A stretch of 64,000 nt of DNA from an uncultured Nitrospinota bacterium. Its GTDB lineage: Bacteria; Tectomicrobia; Entotheonellia; J063; CAVPRW01. The stretch lies in NCBI GenBank assembly GCA_963707985.1, contig CAVPRW010000048.1, positions 119,422-183,421 on the forward strand. The letters are read 5' to 3'. Of the stretch, positions 43,376 to 54,958 are shown piece by piece. How positions within the stretch are numbered: position 1 is the first letter of the stretch; each line of letters starts with the position of its first letter. The notes below the pieces were generated by a model. That model was not told where the DNA came from. It did no database searches and was given only the letters and a program-made list of their open reading frames with translations. The translations under genes were made by a program, and so were the position numbers.

Positions 43376-43953
43376 GAGGTTACCGTCTGCTGTGGCTGCT
43401 GCCAATATTCACGCTGGGCTGTGCCTCGTCCCTCGTCTCCCCACCGCTGCCCCCGACGGTGCGGACGATCGCGGTGCTGCCGCCGAACAACCGTACGGGT
43501 GATCCCCTCTTCGTTGGTGGGACCTCCTTGTTGGAGAAATACATCTTTCGATCTCCACCCGTTACGGTGGGTGATGTCCTGGCGGTAGAGGTGCGTATTC
43601 AGCTCGAGCAGCGGGGGATGACAGTTCTCCCCCGAGAAAAAGTCGACGCGGCGCTAGGCGACCAGATACCGAACAGCCCGAAGGAGGCGGCTGACTTGGC
43701 TAGGCGTGGCCAGCTTGAGGGCAGCGTGCTCTACCTCGAGATCGTGCAGTGGCAACCTGCGTTAGAAGAGGCCCTCCATCCCTGGCGGATGCTCGTCGCC
43801 GTCCGTGCACAGCTCGTGGACGTGGCCTCGGGCCGTGTGGTGTGGTCAGCCCACCTGCCACTGCGACCAGTATCGACGCCAGGCGCGGTCACCCGCGCCG
43901 ATGCAGACCTGATCGCCGCCCAGCGGGTTGCCCGAGAGCTGTTTGCGTCGTGA
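43372..43953 (+). CDS. Putative lipoprotein
   Basis: Lipobox LGC; IAVLPP.N. Confidence 0.7.
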   Translation: MRGYRLLWLLPIFTLGCASSLVSPPLPPTVRTIAVLPPNNRTGDPLFVGGTSLLEKYIFRSPPVTVGDVLAVEVRIQLEQRGMTVLPREKVDAALGDQIPNSPKEAADLARRGQLEGSVLYLEIVQWQPALEEALHPWRMLVAVRAQLVDVASGRVVWSAHLPLRPVSTPGAVTRADADLIAAQRVARELFAS

Positions 43954-44132
43954 AGACCAGAACGGTTCTCACCCCGACAACATTGGCCCTGTCAATGATG
44001 GACCTGTACGTCATTGATTGATAAGTCAGCCTTCAGGAACCATGAAGCCGGGTTTCCCGTGTCAACTACGTTGGTGAACCTCCATAAGGGCATTATCAAT
44101 TGAACTGATAGAACAGGAGCGAGACTGAGTCG

Positions 44133-44474
44133 ATGCATGCACCTCACGCATATCACGAGCCGTTCCGGGTGCTGATGCACATACAGCGGTCCGGCATCCC
44201 CGTGCGTGGGCTGATTGGCTTGGTGGCCCTGGTCTGGCTGTCCGTGCAGGCGATGCATCCCCGGATACATCCGGCGGAAGTCATCGACCCCCATCCGGAT
44301 ACCCATGGCGCGTGCCCCATCAGCCATGCCGCCGCCGACCTGCCACGAGGGGTTCCAGCGTTGCTGCTGACCCCGTTAGTCCTGGCGGCAGCTCTGTATC
44401 CGCGGCTATGGTGGGGCCACCGCTGGTTCTCCCATCCGCTCGCCCCTCGTCCCCCACCAGCCCTCCACCGGTAA
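44133..44474 (+). CDS. DUF2946-like His/Cys-rich leader protein, paralog 2
   Basis: TM segment, HPRIHP, HGACPISH, C-terminal APRPPP. Confidence 0.6.
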   Translation: MHAPHAYHEPFRVLMHIQRSGIPVRGLIGLVALVWLSVQAMHPRIHPAEVIDPHPDTHGACPISHAAADLPRGVPALLLTPLVLAAALYPRLWWGHRWFSHPLAPRPPPALHR

Positions 44475-44640
44475 CATCCTCAACCATTACTCGACACGAC
44501 CACGTTGCGCGTGCGCAGGGTCGCCTGGGTGATCCGCAGATGGCGCCAGACGCACAGGTCGGGATAAACCCCAGAGCTCTTGAACCGACGCTCCTCAAGT
44601 GGGGCAGCACACACCCGGGAGGAGCTTCGAGGGGGGTGTC

Positions 44641-45618
44641 ATGGTGTGGAAACCGTCGCACTGGCACGGGAGCCTCGTGTTGCTGGTCTGCGTGTTGCTT
44701 GCCGCCTGCGGTCCAGTCGGGCAAGCTGAGCGGCTGGTGGCCTCAGCGGAACGCGCCAGGAGAAATGGGCAGCTGACGAGGGCGGCGGAGCTGTATCACC
44801 GGGCCGCCGAGCGCGACCCGCAGCAGTATCAGACCCACTACCGGGCGGCCCTGGTGTCCCTACAGGTCGAGAACCTGCATAGGGCCGAGGAGCACCTGCA
44901 CAAGGCCCTGGTGCTCAAGCCGAATTTCGGCCCAGCCCATGTGCAGCTGGGCGTCGTCTTGTTCCAGCAGGACCGTCGAGAGGAGAGCCGCCAAGCGTTC
45001 TTGGACGCGCTGCGGAGTGATGCGCGCTCACCTCGCGCGTATTATCACCTGGGACTGATCACGGCCGAGGACGGCGACCTCGACGCGGCTGAGCCGCTGT
45101 TTCGCCAAGCCATCGCCCTGAACCGCCGTCATCAGGCCTCCTATGTGCGGCTCGGGAACCTGTACGTGAAACAACACCGGTTTGCCGCCGCGCTTGGGGT
45201 CCTCCAGCGCGCCATGAGTCTCAATCCGAGGGATCCCACGACCCTGTTTAACCTGGGACTGACCTATGAAGGGCTTGGTCAGGAAACGCACGCAGTCGCC
45301 GCGTTCACGCAGGCGATCGTCTTGAACCCTGCGTACGCGAGCGCCCAGTATAACCTGGGGACCTTGTTGCTCAAGCGGAAGGACTATCGGGCGGCCCTTG
45401 AACCACTGACAGAGGCCACCCGGCTCACCCCACACTGGAGTGATGCCTGGTACAATCTTGGCGCGGTTTACGCCCACCTGGGAGAGCGGGTGAACGCCGT
45501 GCAATCCCTCAAGAAGGCGATCGAACTGAACCCCGCCTTGGCATCCGAGGCGCGCTGGGACCGCGATTTTCAAAGCCTCCATCCCGACGCAGCGTTCGGC
45601 GCTGTTCCAGACCACTGA
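44641..45618 (+). CDS. TPR-repeat lipoprotein
   Basis: LAAC lipobox; tandem TPR units (A..NLG..P). Confidence 0.85.
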   Translation: MVWKPSHWHGSLVLLVCVLLAACGPVGQAERLVASAERARRNGQLTRAAELYHRAAERDPQQYQTHYRAALVSLQVENLHRAEEHLHKALVLKPNFGPAHVQLGVVLFQQDRREESRQAFLDALRSDARSPRAYYHLGLITAEDGDLDAAEPLFRQAIALNRRHQASYVRLGNLYVKQHRFAAALGVLQRAMSLNPRDPTTLFNLGLTYEGLGQETHAVAAFTQAIVLNPAYASAQYNLGTLLLKRKDYRAALEPLTEATRLTPHWSDAWYNLGAVYAHLGERVNAVQSLKKAIELNPALASEARWDRDFQSLHPDAAFGAVPDH

Positions 45619-45861
45619 CCCTCCTGTCGTGGTTGTTCCGTAACCTCACAGTCAGTGGGCTATGCCTGAGAAGGAGGAGGAGGTATCTGTGGACCCTTGC
45701 GAAAACGGAGCTGACGGGGGCCATCGGAGAGCATTCGGCCGATGGTCGAGCATTCTGAAGCAACATGGCTGGGCAAGCTCACCCGTGGTGAGGTCATCAC
45801 GGGATCAGAGGACAGCAGCTGACACGCCACCGCGTCAGCCATATTCGGAGGTAGACGACCC

Positions 45862-46122
45862 ATGCGCTACGTAAGACTTCTCCTCCTCTCCAGTGCGCTG
45901 CTCACCGCCTGTGCGTCCACCTTGGAGGACCCCGGCTACGCGGCGGGCTGCATGACGGCACGCTGGACGCAACGTCGGGGCGGCATTCAGGCCTACACGC
46001 TTGATGTTGAGCGCTATCGGACGGACGCCGCCTATCGTGCCGGGTGGGATAGGGGTATGGACACCTGTGCCTCCGGCAGCGCCGCTGGCCTGCGAACCAT
46101 GTTGGCGCCACATGTACCGTGA
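45862..46122 (+). CDS. Small lipoprotein
   Basis: LTAC lipobox; GGAGG RBS. Confidence 0.6.
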   Translation: MRYVRLLLLSSALLTACASTLEDPGYAAGCMTARWTQRRGGIQAYTLDVERYRTDAAYRAGWDRGMDTCASGSAAGLRTMLAPHVP

Positions 46123-46189
46123 TAGATATGCCTTGCGGCGTCCCCTCGGATAGGCCTTAACCTAGCGAAAGGCAATTTTTCAGACCACT

Positions 46190-46970
46190 TGCCTCACACC
46201 TCCAACCGCTTGACAGCTTGCTGGTAGGCGCCCTCGACGGCGCAGCCCTCGGTGGGCATGTGGGTGCCCGGCTTGCGGCCCGCCTGCAGTTGCCCACCAG
46301 TGCGGCCACCCTGCTCCGCTTGGTCCGGGCGGCCCCGATACCGCCCATGCCAGCCTTACAGGAAGTTGGCGTCGACGAGTGGGCCTGGCGGCGGGGTCAT
46401 CGCTATGGCACCATTGTGGTCGATCTGGCGACCCATCGCGTCGTCGATCTCCTGCCGGACCGCTCCGCCGCCACCGTAGCGGCCTGGCTGGCCCAGCATC
46501 TGACGATCATCGTCGTCTGTCGTGATCGGAGCGAGCTCTACGCCGACGGCATTCGCCGGGGGGCACCCCAGGCCGTGCAAGTGGTGGATCGTTTCACCTC
46601 GTCCAGAACCTCCGCTAGGCCTTGGAAGCCTTGCTGATCGACCACCGACCGGCGCTCCAGGCTGCAGCGGTCGGCACGGCGTTGGCACTCACCCCGGCCG
46701 TTGGCCCGCTAGCCGTCAGGCCCATGTACCGGGGACGACGTCGCAGCCCCAAGCCCGCACAGCCCGGGCAGCACGCAGCGGGTGCCGTGGCCGCGAGCTG
46801 GAGCTGCACAGATGCTTGCTCAACGGTCACCTGGGTCAGGTTAACTGCGCAAGCAGGTGGGAACAACGATGAGAGAAGCCTTCGGAGTTCATCGGCCATA
46901 ATCTTCTATGATACCGCGTGACTGCACCTAGTGCCGCCCCCTCTCACCAAAAGTGACGATGAGCCAGGAT
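46190..46970. mobile_element. Rearranged ISL3 transposase remnants
   Basis: [31 protein letters not shown] on plus; N-terminal piece on minus. Confidence 0.75.
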
Positions 46971-46990
46971 GTTTTGACGAGGGTTGCTCT

Positions 46991-47129
46991 GTCAGGTGCT
47001 CCGTGATCTCATCCCGTGTTTGCGGCATGATCCACCTCCCTCTACTGCTGCTCGATACCCCGCAGCTCTCGAGGCAAGCGGACCGCAGATCAAGGCCCCG
47101 GCTTCTGTTGGACTCTCATATGAGAATAG
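46991..47129. repeat. 139-bp repeat, copy 1 (probable IS end)
   Basis: Near-identical to 57519-57657. Confidence 0.75.
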
Positions 47130-47212
47130 CAGGGTCATTCAGTTTTCGGAAGTTGGGGCGTTTCGCGTATAATCTCACCTCGTGACCAACAATTTTGACG
47201 GGAGGTGAACGC

Positions 47213-47922
47213 ATGGTTGCTCAGTGTCGTCCCTTGATCGAAGTGTTGGCGACAAGCCCCGACTTCCGCCAGGAGCGGGGCAAGCGCCATCCGTTATCCG
47301 CGATCTTGGGGTTGGCCTGCGTCGCCACGTTGTGTGGTGATCGCACCTACGGCGCCATTGCCGCGTGGGGGCGCAACTACGGAGGCGCCTGGGCCCGTGC
47401 CTTGGGGTTCACGCATGCGCAAACGCCCTGTGCGGCCACCCTGCAGACCATCTTCCGCTCGCTCGTCGCCAGCTGGTGGAAGCTACGTGAGGGGCCTGGG
47501 CTGACGAGGTGCTCACAGCAGCCCCCAATGCCGACGCGCCCGACGAAGGCAGCGCCATTGATGGCAAGACCCTGCGGGGCAGTCGGAAGCAGGGCGCCCC
47601 GGGGGTCCATCTCCTGTCAGCCGTCAGCCACCGCCTGGGGCTGACCCTGGCCCAGCAGGCCGTCGACGCCAAGACCAATGGGATCACGGCCATCCACGAC
47701 CGGCTGCGCGGCCTGGCGCTGGCAGGTCGGGTCATCACGATGGATGCCTTACTGACCCAGCGGGCCGTGGCACGCACGCTTGTCGAGGCCGGCGGCGACT
47801 ATTGCATGCTCGTCAAAGGCAACCAACCCGAATTGCAGCAAGACATCCAAGCGGTGTGTGCTGACCCCACGGTCTTGGCCGACACGATGGCCACGGCGGA
47901 GACGCTGGACCTTTATGGTTGA
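47213..47922 (+). mobile_element. ISAs1 family transposase remnant
   Basis: DFR..RGKRHPL..AIDGKTLRGS..ITMDALLTQ..VKGNQP. Confidence 0.85.
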
Positions 47923-48394
47923 CGTAGGGATGACCTGTCTTATCAGGATTGATCGTAAAGACTGTCTAGGGTTACATCATGGAGGGCAACATCGACAAGA
48001 ATTCCCGGACGGAGCGCCCTCTGGAAGTGATTATGTTTGATCATATTAGTAAAATCAATGAGTTATGTAGACAAAAAGTTGACAGAACCTGCCTTATAAG
48101 ACGTTATGTGGATTTCCTCTAGGCAGTGTGACGGGGAACGTTCGCTAACATCCTTGCCACCCATGCGGAATGAAGCCGACCTCATTGTCCCATTATCCAC
48201 CCAGTCGTCGCGGCCGCATGGTCAAACGCGCGCCGAGCCCTTTGGGCGGACAGGACGTGCATGGTCGACGCCTCTTCACCCATGAGCCGTGGACTGCCGC
48301 ACACATCCGATGCCAGGCCTCGACCCACCTCCAGAGAGGCCCACGCGCCGTCGCGCGTCCCGACGCACGCCCGACCGATGGCGCAGCGTCCGTC

Positions 48395-48829
48395 TTAGAC
48401 CGCCCGGAGATCCGAGGTGCACTGGGGGCAACGGCTGGCGGCCAGAGGGATCACCGCAATGCAATAGGGACATGTTTTGGTCGTGGGCGTCGCCGGCGGG
48501 GCCTGGTACAGGCGATTGAGGAGGCGGATCAGCAGAAAGACCGCCAAGGCCACGATGAGGAACTCGATGACCGTGTTGAGGAACAGCCCGTAGTTGATGG
48601 TCGCGGCGCCGGCCGCTTTGGCCTCGGCCAGCGTGGCATTGGGCGGGCCCGAGAGGTTGAGGAACAGATTGGAGAAATCGACCCGACCCAGCAGCAGCCC
48701 GATGGGCGGCATCAAGATATCAGTGACCAGCGAACTCACGATCCGCCCGAAGGCCGCACCGATGATGATGCCGACCGCCAGATCGACGACGCTGCCGCGC
48801 ATGATAAAGGCTTTAAATTCTTGCCACAT
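48395..48829 (-). CDS. mscL: Large-conductance mechanosensitive channel
   Basis: [35 protein letters not shown]-terminal CxxC..CxxC. Confidence 0.95.
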   Translation of the reverse strand: MWQEFKAFIMRGSVVDLAVGIIIGAAFGRIVSSLVTDILMPPIGLLLGRVDFSNLFLNLSGPPNATLAEAKAAGAATINYGLFLNTVIEFLIVALAVFLLIRLLNRLYQAPPATPTTKTCPYCIAVIPLAASRCPQCTSDLRAV

Positions 48830-49456
48830 GGAGGCTCCTCCTGTTCAGGTATGGCAACGATTCACCAGAAACCGGACCGCATTTAGAGTCTCTTGCCTCC
48901 AGGGTGCGACATATGACTCCAAGCTGCTTCCGGCCGTTCCCACAGCCTTGGAACAGCGCGTACACTCGTTACCCTTACCGTAGAAGTCTTATGTGGAGCA
49001 TGTGACCCCATCCAAAGTCAACATGGTTTTCTCACCACTTGATTCATTGATCATTTCACGCTTGTGACATTATGGTGATGACGGGAGGAACACTGTGAGC
49101 GTAAGATGCTGCACGTGCGGGGCAAGAGACCCTCACTGATCAGGGATGATAAGCGCTGCCCCATAATGACGCCGATGATGGTAAGCATTCCCACGCCAAT
49201 CATGAATTTTCGAAGCCGTCTCAGGTACCTGACTTCATCGGTGGTGGGTCAGATTGGCGATGGGCCCCACGCACGACGATCGCGGCCGTTCAGACGATTT
49301 TCGCAAGATTTCAACATTTTCCGCAGGAATTTCATAGAACACACCTCCCCCGTGCTGTATGGTGCGGGGACCGTGAACCTGCCACCGCGCGTGCGGCGGC
49401 TCGTGTGCAGCTCAGCCGCACCCATGATCGTCGTGTCCCTCTCGGAGGCCTGACCC

Positions 49457-49939
49457 ATGGCTCGTATCCTGATTGTCGAAGACGACCGTATCACCGCCCT
49501 GGCCCTCCAGCGCGCGGTAACCCGGATGGGGCACCTGGTGGTGGCGCGCGTCTCCTCGGCCGCGGAGGCCATGGCTGTGGTGCAAGCGGACCGCCCCGAC
49601 GTAGTCCTCCTCGATATTGGCCTCACGGGGCCGCAGGACGGCCTCCTCGTGGGCCTGGACATCCAAACCTTCTGGTTCACGCCGGTCATCTACCTGTCGG
49701 GCTCGGACCCCACCCAGCTCGGCATCCCTGATGGGCCTGACGCCTTATGGTGCTATCTGGCCAAACCGCTCGACTGGCATCAGCTCGAGGACATCCTGGC
49801 ACAGCTGTTCCCCACGCCTCCACCACGCCCGCGCGCGCCATGGTCAGGTCTGGAGGACACGCCTCCTCCCATCTGCTTCCCCGCCCAGGAGTTTCGCGAG
49901 CGGCTGAGACACCTGCGTCAGCCCGTGGGAGCTTTCTAG
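49457..49939 (+). CDS. Response regulator receiver protein
   Basis: ILIVEDD..PDVVLLDI..YLAKP. Confidence 0.85.
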   Translation: MARILIVEDDRITALALQRAVTRMGHLVVARVSSAAEAMAVVQADRPDVVLLDIGLTGPQDGLLVGLDIQTFWFTPVIYLSGSDPTQLGIPDGPDALWCYLAKPLDWHQLEDILAQLFPTPPPRPRAPWSGLEDTPPPICFPAQEFRERLRHLRQPVGAF

Positions 49940-51231
49940 CGGTAGGGCGGCAGACACATGGCCCCGACCTCCTTTACCTCCGTGAGGAAGGGTGCTTCAA
50001 CGATCATGCGCGAGATGCACGACCAGGCTTTCCGATAGTAATCACGAAATTTTGTACGGTAGACGATTTTCTGATTGGTGAATAAGGACTTGTCGGAAGT
50101 CTTTGCAAACGAGGGTGACATGAGACACTCCGCGACGTACCTCAAGAGAGGTAAAAACCCTGTTCTAACGTCTCCTATTGCCATCTCGATAAACATCGTC
50201 TTATCAACTCGTTAGCAGCCAAGGTACATATGAGTGCTGGTCTCTACTATGGTGCTTATCCCACCCTACCGTACAAAATTTCTCTTATGGAAAGTAGATG
50301 ATTATGTGACATAGAACAGGATCAACGCCCGTGTGACACGCCTTCGAGGCTCCAATCACGTCCCATTATCATCCACCCCGTTATGACGCGTTCAACGTGC
50401 GAGAGGCCGTGAACAGTCTCCCAATACTTTCGTCAATCCTTGCGGTGCATTCAACACGGGCGGTACACCTGCCATACATGGCTAGCAAAAGGGACGCGGA
50501 TCATGTGCCGCAAATCGGCACATGATCTTCTGTAATAGTTTGATTTTTTTGATAATTACGGAAGCTCCTTGGTGTAGAAGTGACATAATCCTGGACTTTC
50601 CATAAGAGACATTTCAGGCGCTAAGGCATTTACCCTTGACCACACCACGACTGGTGAAGGCTCTCACCAAACGAACGGATACTGTTGGCGAACCCTGAAG
50701 AGCTGGAGATTTTACTCCATATACCGCTTCTTCGAACATCGAGAGCCAGGAAAATCCCGTGCAGAAAGGTCAGCCTTGAGCATCGAAACAGGTTTGCCAA
50801 CAGTATCCGGCCGTTGGTGAGATGGCCGTCAACCCTTGATAAACGTCGTGATCACGCGTACACAGGACAAGGGAAGGCACTGGCCAGGCCGCACAACTTT
50901 TACGCTTCGGTGGTGTCATTTTTCCGGTATGATGTGGCGCGTCGTGCGGTTGGCCCCCATGACCATGGGCCCCATTCCGCTTCGACCCTCTGATGTTGGT
51001 GGACGACCAGTGGTGTCCATGGACGCCAGAGGCGCGCGTCAGTTCGAGCGGACCCGCCCTGTCAGGGAGCTGCGGCTGAGGCCCAGGGGTCGTGCGTCAG
51101 TCGATCACATCGGTGCCCGTGCGACAGACGTCTGCAGGCGTGTGCGGGGAGCCCACGCCACACGGGAGTCCCATCGGATACGGCGCCTGGCCTTCGGAGC
51201 GCAACGTGTCCCACGAGGCACAGCAAGGACG

Positions 51232-53313
51232 ATGGTGAACACCCTCCTCGCCGGACCCATCCTGCGCCGGGCGGAGCCTCAGCGGGTCTGCCTGTGGCTG
51301 GCGACCAGCCAGCCGGTGCGCGCGTGCGCCGAGATCTTCGACCTTGGTCGCGATCACCGGCTCGGGGTGCGCCTCGGCGGCGGCGAGTCCGAGTGCCTCC
51401 AGCTCGGCCCGCGTCTCTTTGTCCATCTGATCCAGGTGGTGCCGGACAGCCAGGCATTCCCGATCGCACGGCTGCTCGTGTACGATATCGGGCTCCTTGA
51501 AGGAGGCGAGACCTCCAGGCAAGGCTTGCGCGAGCTGAGGCTGGTCGGCAGACCGGAGGGAATCACCTATGGCGACCTGCCCCTGCCGAGCTTCTTCTTG
51601 CAGGCGGAGGCTTCGCCGCTGCACGTCCTGCACGGCTCTTGCCGGCTGCTGCACGGCAAGGGCGAAGACGCCTTGACTGCCGCTGACTGGGCCACCGCCC
51701 GCCATGCGGAGGACATCGCACGCCGCCCGAGCGCCCTGTATCTGACCGGCGACCAGATCTACGGCGACGACGTGGCCGGACCCCTCATCGGCCATGTGAG
51801 CCGCCTGGGACGTGCGCTCATGGGAGACGGGGACGACACCTCCGTTCCGGGGACGCCCACCCTGTCCGAGGTGGGACTCTACGGTCGCGTGCCGCTGGCC
51901 GAGACGGCCAGGCTCACGTCCGACACGGCCGGCAACCACCTCTTCACCTTCGGCGAATTCGCGGCGATGTATCTGGTGGCCTGGAGCGCCGACACCTGGC
52001 CTGCGGCCTTCCCGTCCGCGTCGCAGGCCCTCCCCTCGGCGCGGTGGATCCCCAGCCTGAAGATCTTGTGGCAGCGGCGAACGTATGCACGCGAGGCGCG
52101 GAGTCTGGCGCGTGCGCACCAGGTGCTACCGGCCGTCCGGCGGGTGTTGGCCAACCATCCCACGTACATGATCTTCGACGACCACGACGTGACCGATGAC
52201 TGGAACCTCACCGCCGCGTGGCGAGAGCGCGTGCATCAGAACCCGACGGGACGGAGATTCGTGGCCAATGCGCTGGCGGCATACTGGGCCTTCCAGGGAT
52301 GGGGGAACGACCCCGATCGCTACGACGCGTCGTTCAAGGACACGATCAGCGGCTTTCTGACCCAACGGGGCGACGTCGACGCGGCTACCTTTGAGCACGC
52401 CTTGTGGTCCTTCGATCGCTGGGGCTTTCACGTCCCAACCGACCCGCCGACGATCTTCCTGGATACCCGCACGCAGCGCGACTACGACAGTCCCGACGGT
52501 GCGGCACGTCTCATCGGCCGCGCGGGTCGAACGGCGACCCTGGCGACGGTCAAGCGCGCGGGCCACCAGCTGGGCGAGCCCCTCATCCTCGTCTCTCCGG
52601 TGCCGGTGTACGGCCTTGCGCTGCACGAGCGGGCCCAGAAGGTCCTGAAGCACATGGTCGGGTCGTACGCGATTGATCTCGAGGAGTGGCAGTCGAACCT
52701 GCAGGGACTCGTCGACTTCATGACGTTGCTCATCGACGAGCTCCAGCTCCCCTCCTGTCTGTGCCTCTCGGGTGACGTCCACTACGGCATGAATCTCCAG
52801 GTGGCCTGCTCGTGGAAGGACCAGGGGCTGCCGATCACCCAGCTCGTGAGTAGTGCGCAGAAACACGCCGGCGTCCTGAGCAAGACGGCTCTCAACCTGT
52901 TGGGGAAGCTCGTGCCCACCACCCACGAACGGATCGGCTGGGACCGGCCTCCCCGGTCGGCGCGCTCGACCGCCATCACACGCCTCCTGCGTCACCCAAT
53001 GAACCCCCAGGAGTGGTCCGACGCGGCCCCCGTCTTCCTGACGCCCCACCACGCGCGGCAGCTCAGGATTCAGGAGCCGCCCGAGTACCGCGAGCACCGA
53101 CAGTATGTGTCGGCTTCGGGGCCGCGTACGGTGACGATCCTGGGGGACAACAATGTCGGGCTAGTGTCGATTATGGGCGACGAGGTCATCCACCAGCTGC
53201 TGTGCCCCACGGGTGGGGAGGTCCGCATCTATACGGCCACCATGCGGATGAGGCCGACGACCCCCCACGCACACCAGAAGCGGCCCGACGTGAACGCCAC
53301 GGGCACTGCCTGA
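51232..53313 (+). CDS. PhoD-like metallophosphatase
   Basis: LAGPILRR, HGSCR, GDQIYGDD, IFDDHDVTDDW, LDTR, LSGDVH. Confidence 0.85.
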   Translation: MVNTLLAGPILRRAEPQRVCLWLATSQPVRACAEIFDLGRDHRLGVRLGGGESECLQLGPRLFVHLIQVVPDSQAFPIARLLVYDIGLLEGGETSRQGLRELRLVGRPEGITYGDLPLPSFFLQAEASPLHVLHGSCRLLHGKGEDALTAADWATARHAEDIARRPSALYLTGDQIYGDDVAGPLIGHVSRLGRALMGDGDDTSVPGTPTLSEVGLYGRVPLAETARLTSDTAGNHLFTFGEFAAMYLVAWSADTWPAAFPSASQALPSARWIPSLKILWQRRTYAREARSLARAHQVLPAVRRVLANHPTYMIFDDHDVTDDWNLTAAWRERVHQNPTGRRFVANALAAYWAFQGWGNDPDRYDASFKDTISGFLTQRGDVDAATFEHALWSFDRWGFHVPTDPPTIFLDTRTQRDYDSPDGAARLIGRAGRTATLATVKRAGHQLGEPLILVSPVPVYGLALHERAQKVLKHMVGSYAIDLEEWQSNLQGLVDFMTLLIDELQLPSCLCLSGDVHYGMNLQVACSWKDQGLPITQLVSSAQKHAGVLSKTALNLLGKLVPTTHERIGWDRPPRSARSTAITRLLRHPMNPQEWSDAAPVFLTPHHARQLRIQEPPEYREHRQYVSASGPRTVTILGDNNVGLVSIMGDEVIHQLLCPTGGEVRIYTATMRMRPTTPHAHQKRPDVNATGTA

Positions 53314-53499
53314 GATGGGGTTTCTGGTGGAGTCTGTGGCAGGACTGTCCCACCAGACCCATACGATGAATCCTGCGCACACGCAGGAGTGGTCGCGTGG
53401 CGAGGGGAGAGCACTGCAGGGAGCCGAGGTATCCTCATGCCAGACCGATGGCCACTGAGCTGATACGGTCGGCTGACATCCCCACGGGCGTACACACAA

Positions 53500-53964
53500 T
53501 TATGACGAGGTTTGATCCCCTGGTCCCCTTGACGTGCCCGCTGGCAGCACCGAGGGGGCTGCTGTCCTGCCCGCCACATCCTTCCGTGGCATCAGGGGTC
53601 CCGGGGCCTGCTGGTCCCTGGTCGCCAGGGCGAGCTGGATGGTCTGGTGCATGGCCTGATCGGTGACCGGTTTCTGGATCGTGAAGCCGGCAGGGATCAT
53701 CCCCTCGGGGGAACCGGTCAGATAAACAATGGGGATCGCCGCCTGGGCTCGAATGTGTGCCGCGGCCTCGAGTCCATCCATCCCCCCGAGTAAGCCGACG
53801 TCCATCAACACCAGCTCGGGGCGCAGGTCGGCGGCCTGCTGGATGGCCTCACGGCCGGACCCGGCGGTGGCGAGGACCGTATAGCCGAGCGTGGTGAGGC
53901 GCCGCACGAGGTCGAAGGCAATGATGCGCTCATCTTCTACGAGGAGTAGCGTGGGCATGATCAT
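53500..53964 (-). CDS. Response regulator receiver protein
   Basis: LLVEDE..PELVLMDV..MDG..QKP. Confidence 0.85.
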   Translation of the reverse strand: MIMPTLLLVEDERIIAFDLVRRLTTLGYTVLATAGSGREAIQQAADLRPELVLMDVGLLGGMDGLEAAAHIRAQAAIPIVYLTGSPEGMIPAGFTIQKPVTDQAMHQTIQLALATRDQQAPGPLMPRKDVAGRTAAPSVLPAGTSRGPGDQTSS

Positions 53965-54052
53965 CAAGGACGCTCCAGGGTGCTCAGGGAAGGGCGGAGC
54001 CCTCCGCGTGACGGCCCCGGGGGACGGGCGATCCCTCCCCCGGGAGCGAGGG

Positions 54053-54958
54053 TTAGCGGGAAACCTGGACCATCGGCTCACGCCAGCGGCGCCGGATACT
54101 GGGCACGCCGGCCATGGCGCCCGCGAGTGCCACTCCGAGGCTCACGACCAAGGCGCCCACGGTGATCCAGGCACCCATGGTCGCGGCACGTTGGGCCGCG
54201 GCCGCGGCGGCCATCGCCTGTTGTTTGGCCCGCTCAGCGTACTGCGCCATGAACTGACGGACTTCAGCCGCCACACGCGCCGGATCGTCCCGAACCATGT
54301 CCACACGGGCCCGCAAATCCGCGAGGGCGGCTGTCGCGTCTGCGTTCGACATCCCCGTCGCGGCTGCTAGGGTCGAGGCCGTCGTCGGGTCATCCAGTTT
54401 TTGCATCACCTGGTTCGCGTCCTTGAGCCCCAGCGTCTGCACGAGATCGCCTCCGCCGGCCGCGATCGCCGTCGTCGCGCCGCTGGCCAGTCCGCTCATC
54501 GCGCTGAACAGGCCACTGACCCCGAGACTCACGCCACTCGCAATCATCCAGACGCTGAACAACGAAAACAGGACCCATACCAGGGCGCCGTGGATCACCG
54601 CGCCCGTCCGGTCCGGCTGGTCGGTCACCGCGGTCGAGACGAGACTCCCGAGAAACACGGCCGCCACTAGGGTGATGAAGGCCCACACCCCACCGCCAAT
54701 CCCCAGGCCCGAGGCGGTCGCGCTCGTCGCCGCGCGCGGATCTCCAAGCGCGGTGACGCCGATGGCCAGTCCCAGAGCGCCCATCAGTAGCAGCACCCCT
54801 AGGGCGACGAAAAAGCCGCTCATGACCCCTCCCCAGCGCACACGAGTGTCCTGCGGTAGGAGTCTTGTGGGGTGCCCCTCGATCAAGTCGCCATTGATGC
54901 GTTCATACGTGGTGCGTTCCTCGATGGTGTCTTCGCGATGGTCCGGTATCAACGCCAT
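54053..54958 (-). CDS. Hypothetical membrane protein
   Basis: RVRWGGV.SG; several TM segments; HGALVW. Confidence 0.7.
   Translation of the reverse strand: MALIPDHREDTIEERTTYERINGDLIEGHPTRLLPQDTRVRWGGVMSGFFVALGVLLLMGALGLAIGVTALGDPRAATSATASGLGIGGGVWAFITLVAAVFLGSLVSTAVTDQPDRTGAVIHGALVWVLFSLFSVWMIASGVSLGVSGLFSAMSGLASGATTAIAAGGGDLVQTLGLKDANQVMQKLDDPTTASTLAAATGMSNADATAALADLRARVDMVRDDPARVAAEVRQFMAQYAERAKQQAMAAAAAAQRAATMGAWITVGALVVSLGVALAGAMAGVPSIRRRWREPMVQVSR

Noticed and set aside
48090..48118. dif/Xer site
   Set aside because: Only a partial TTATGT resemblance; arms do not match the consensus
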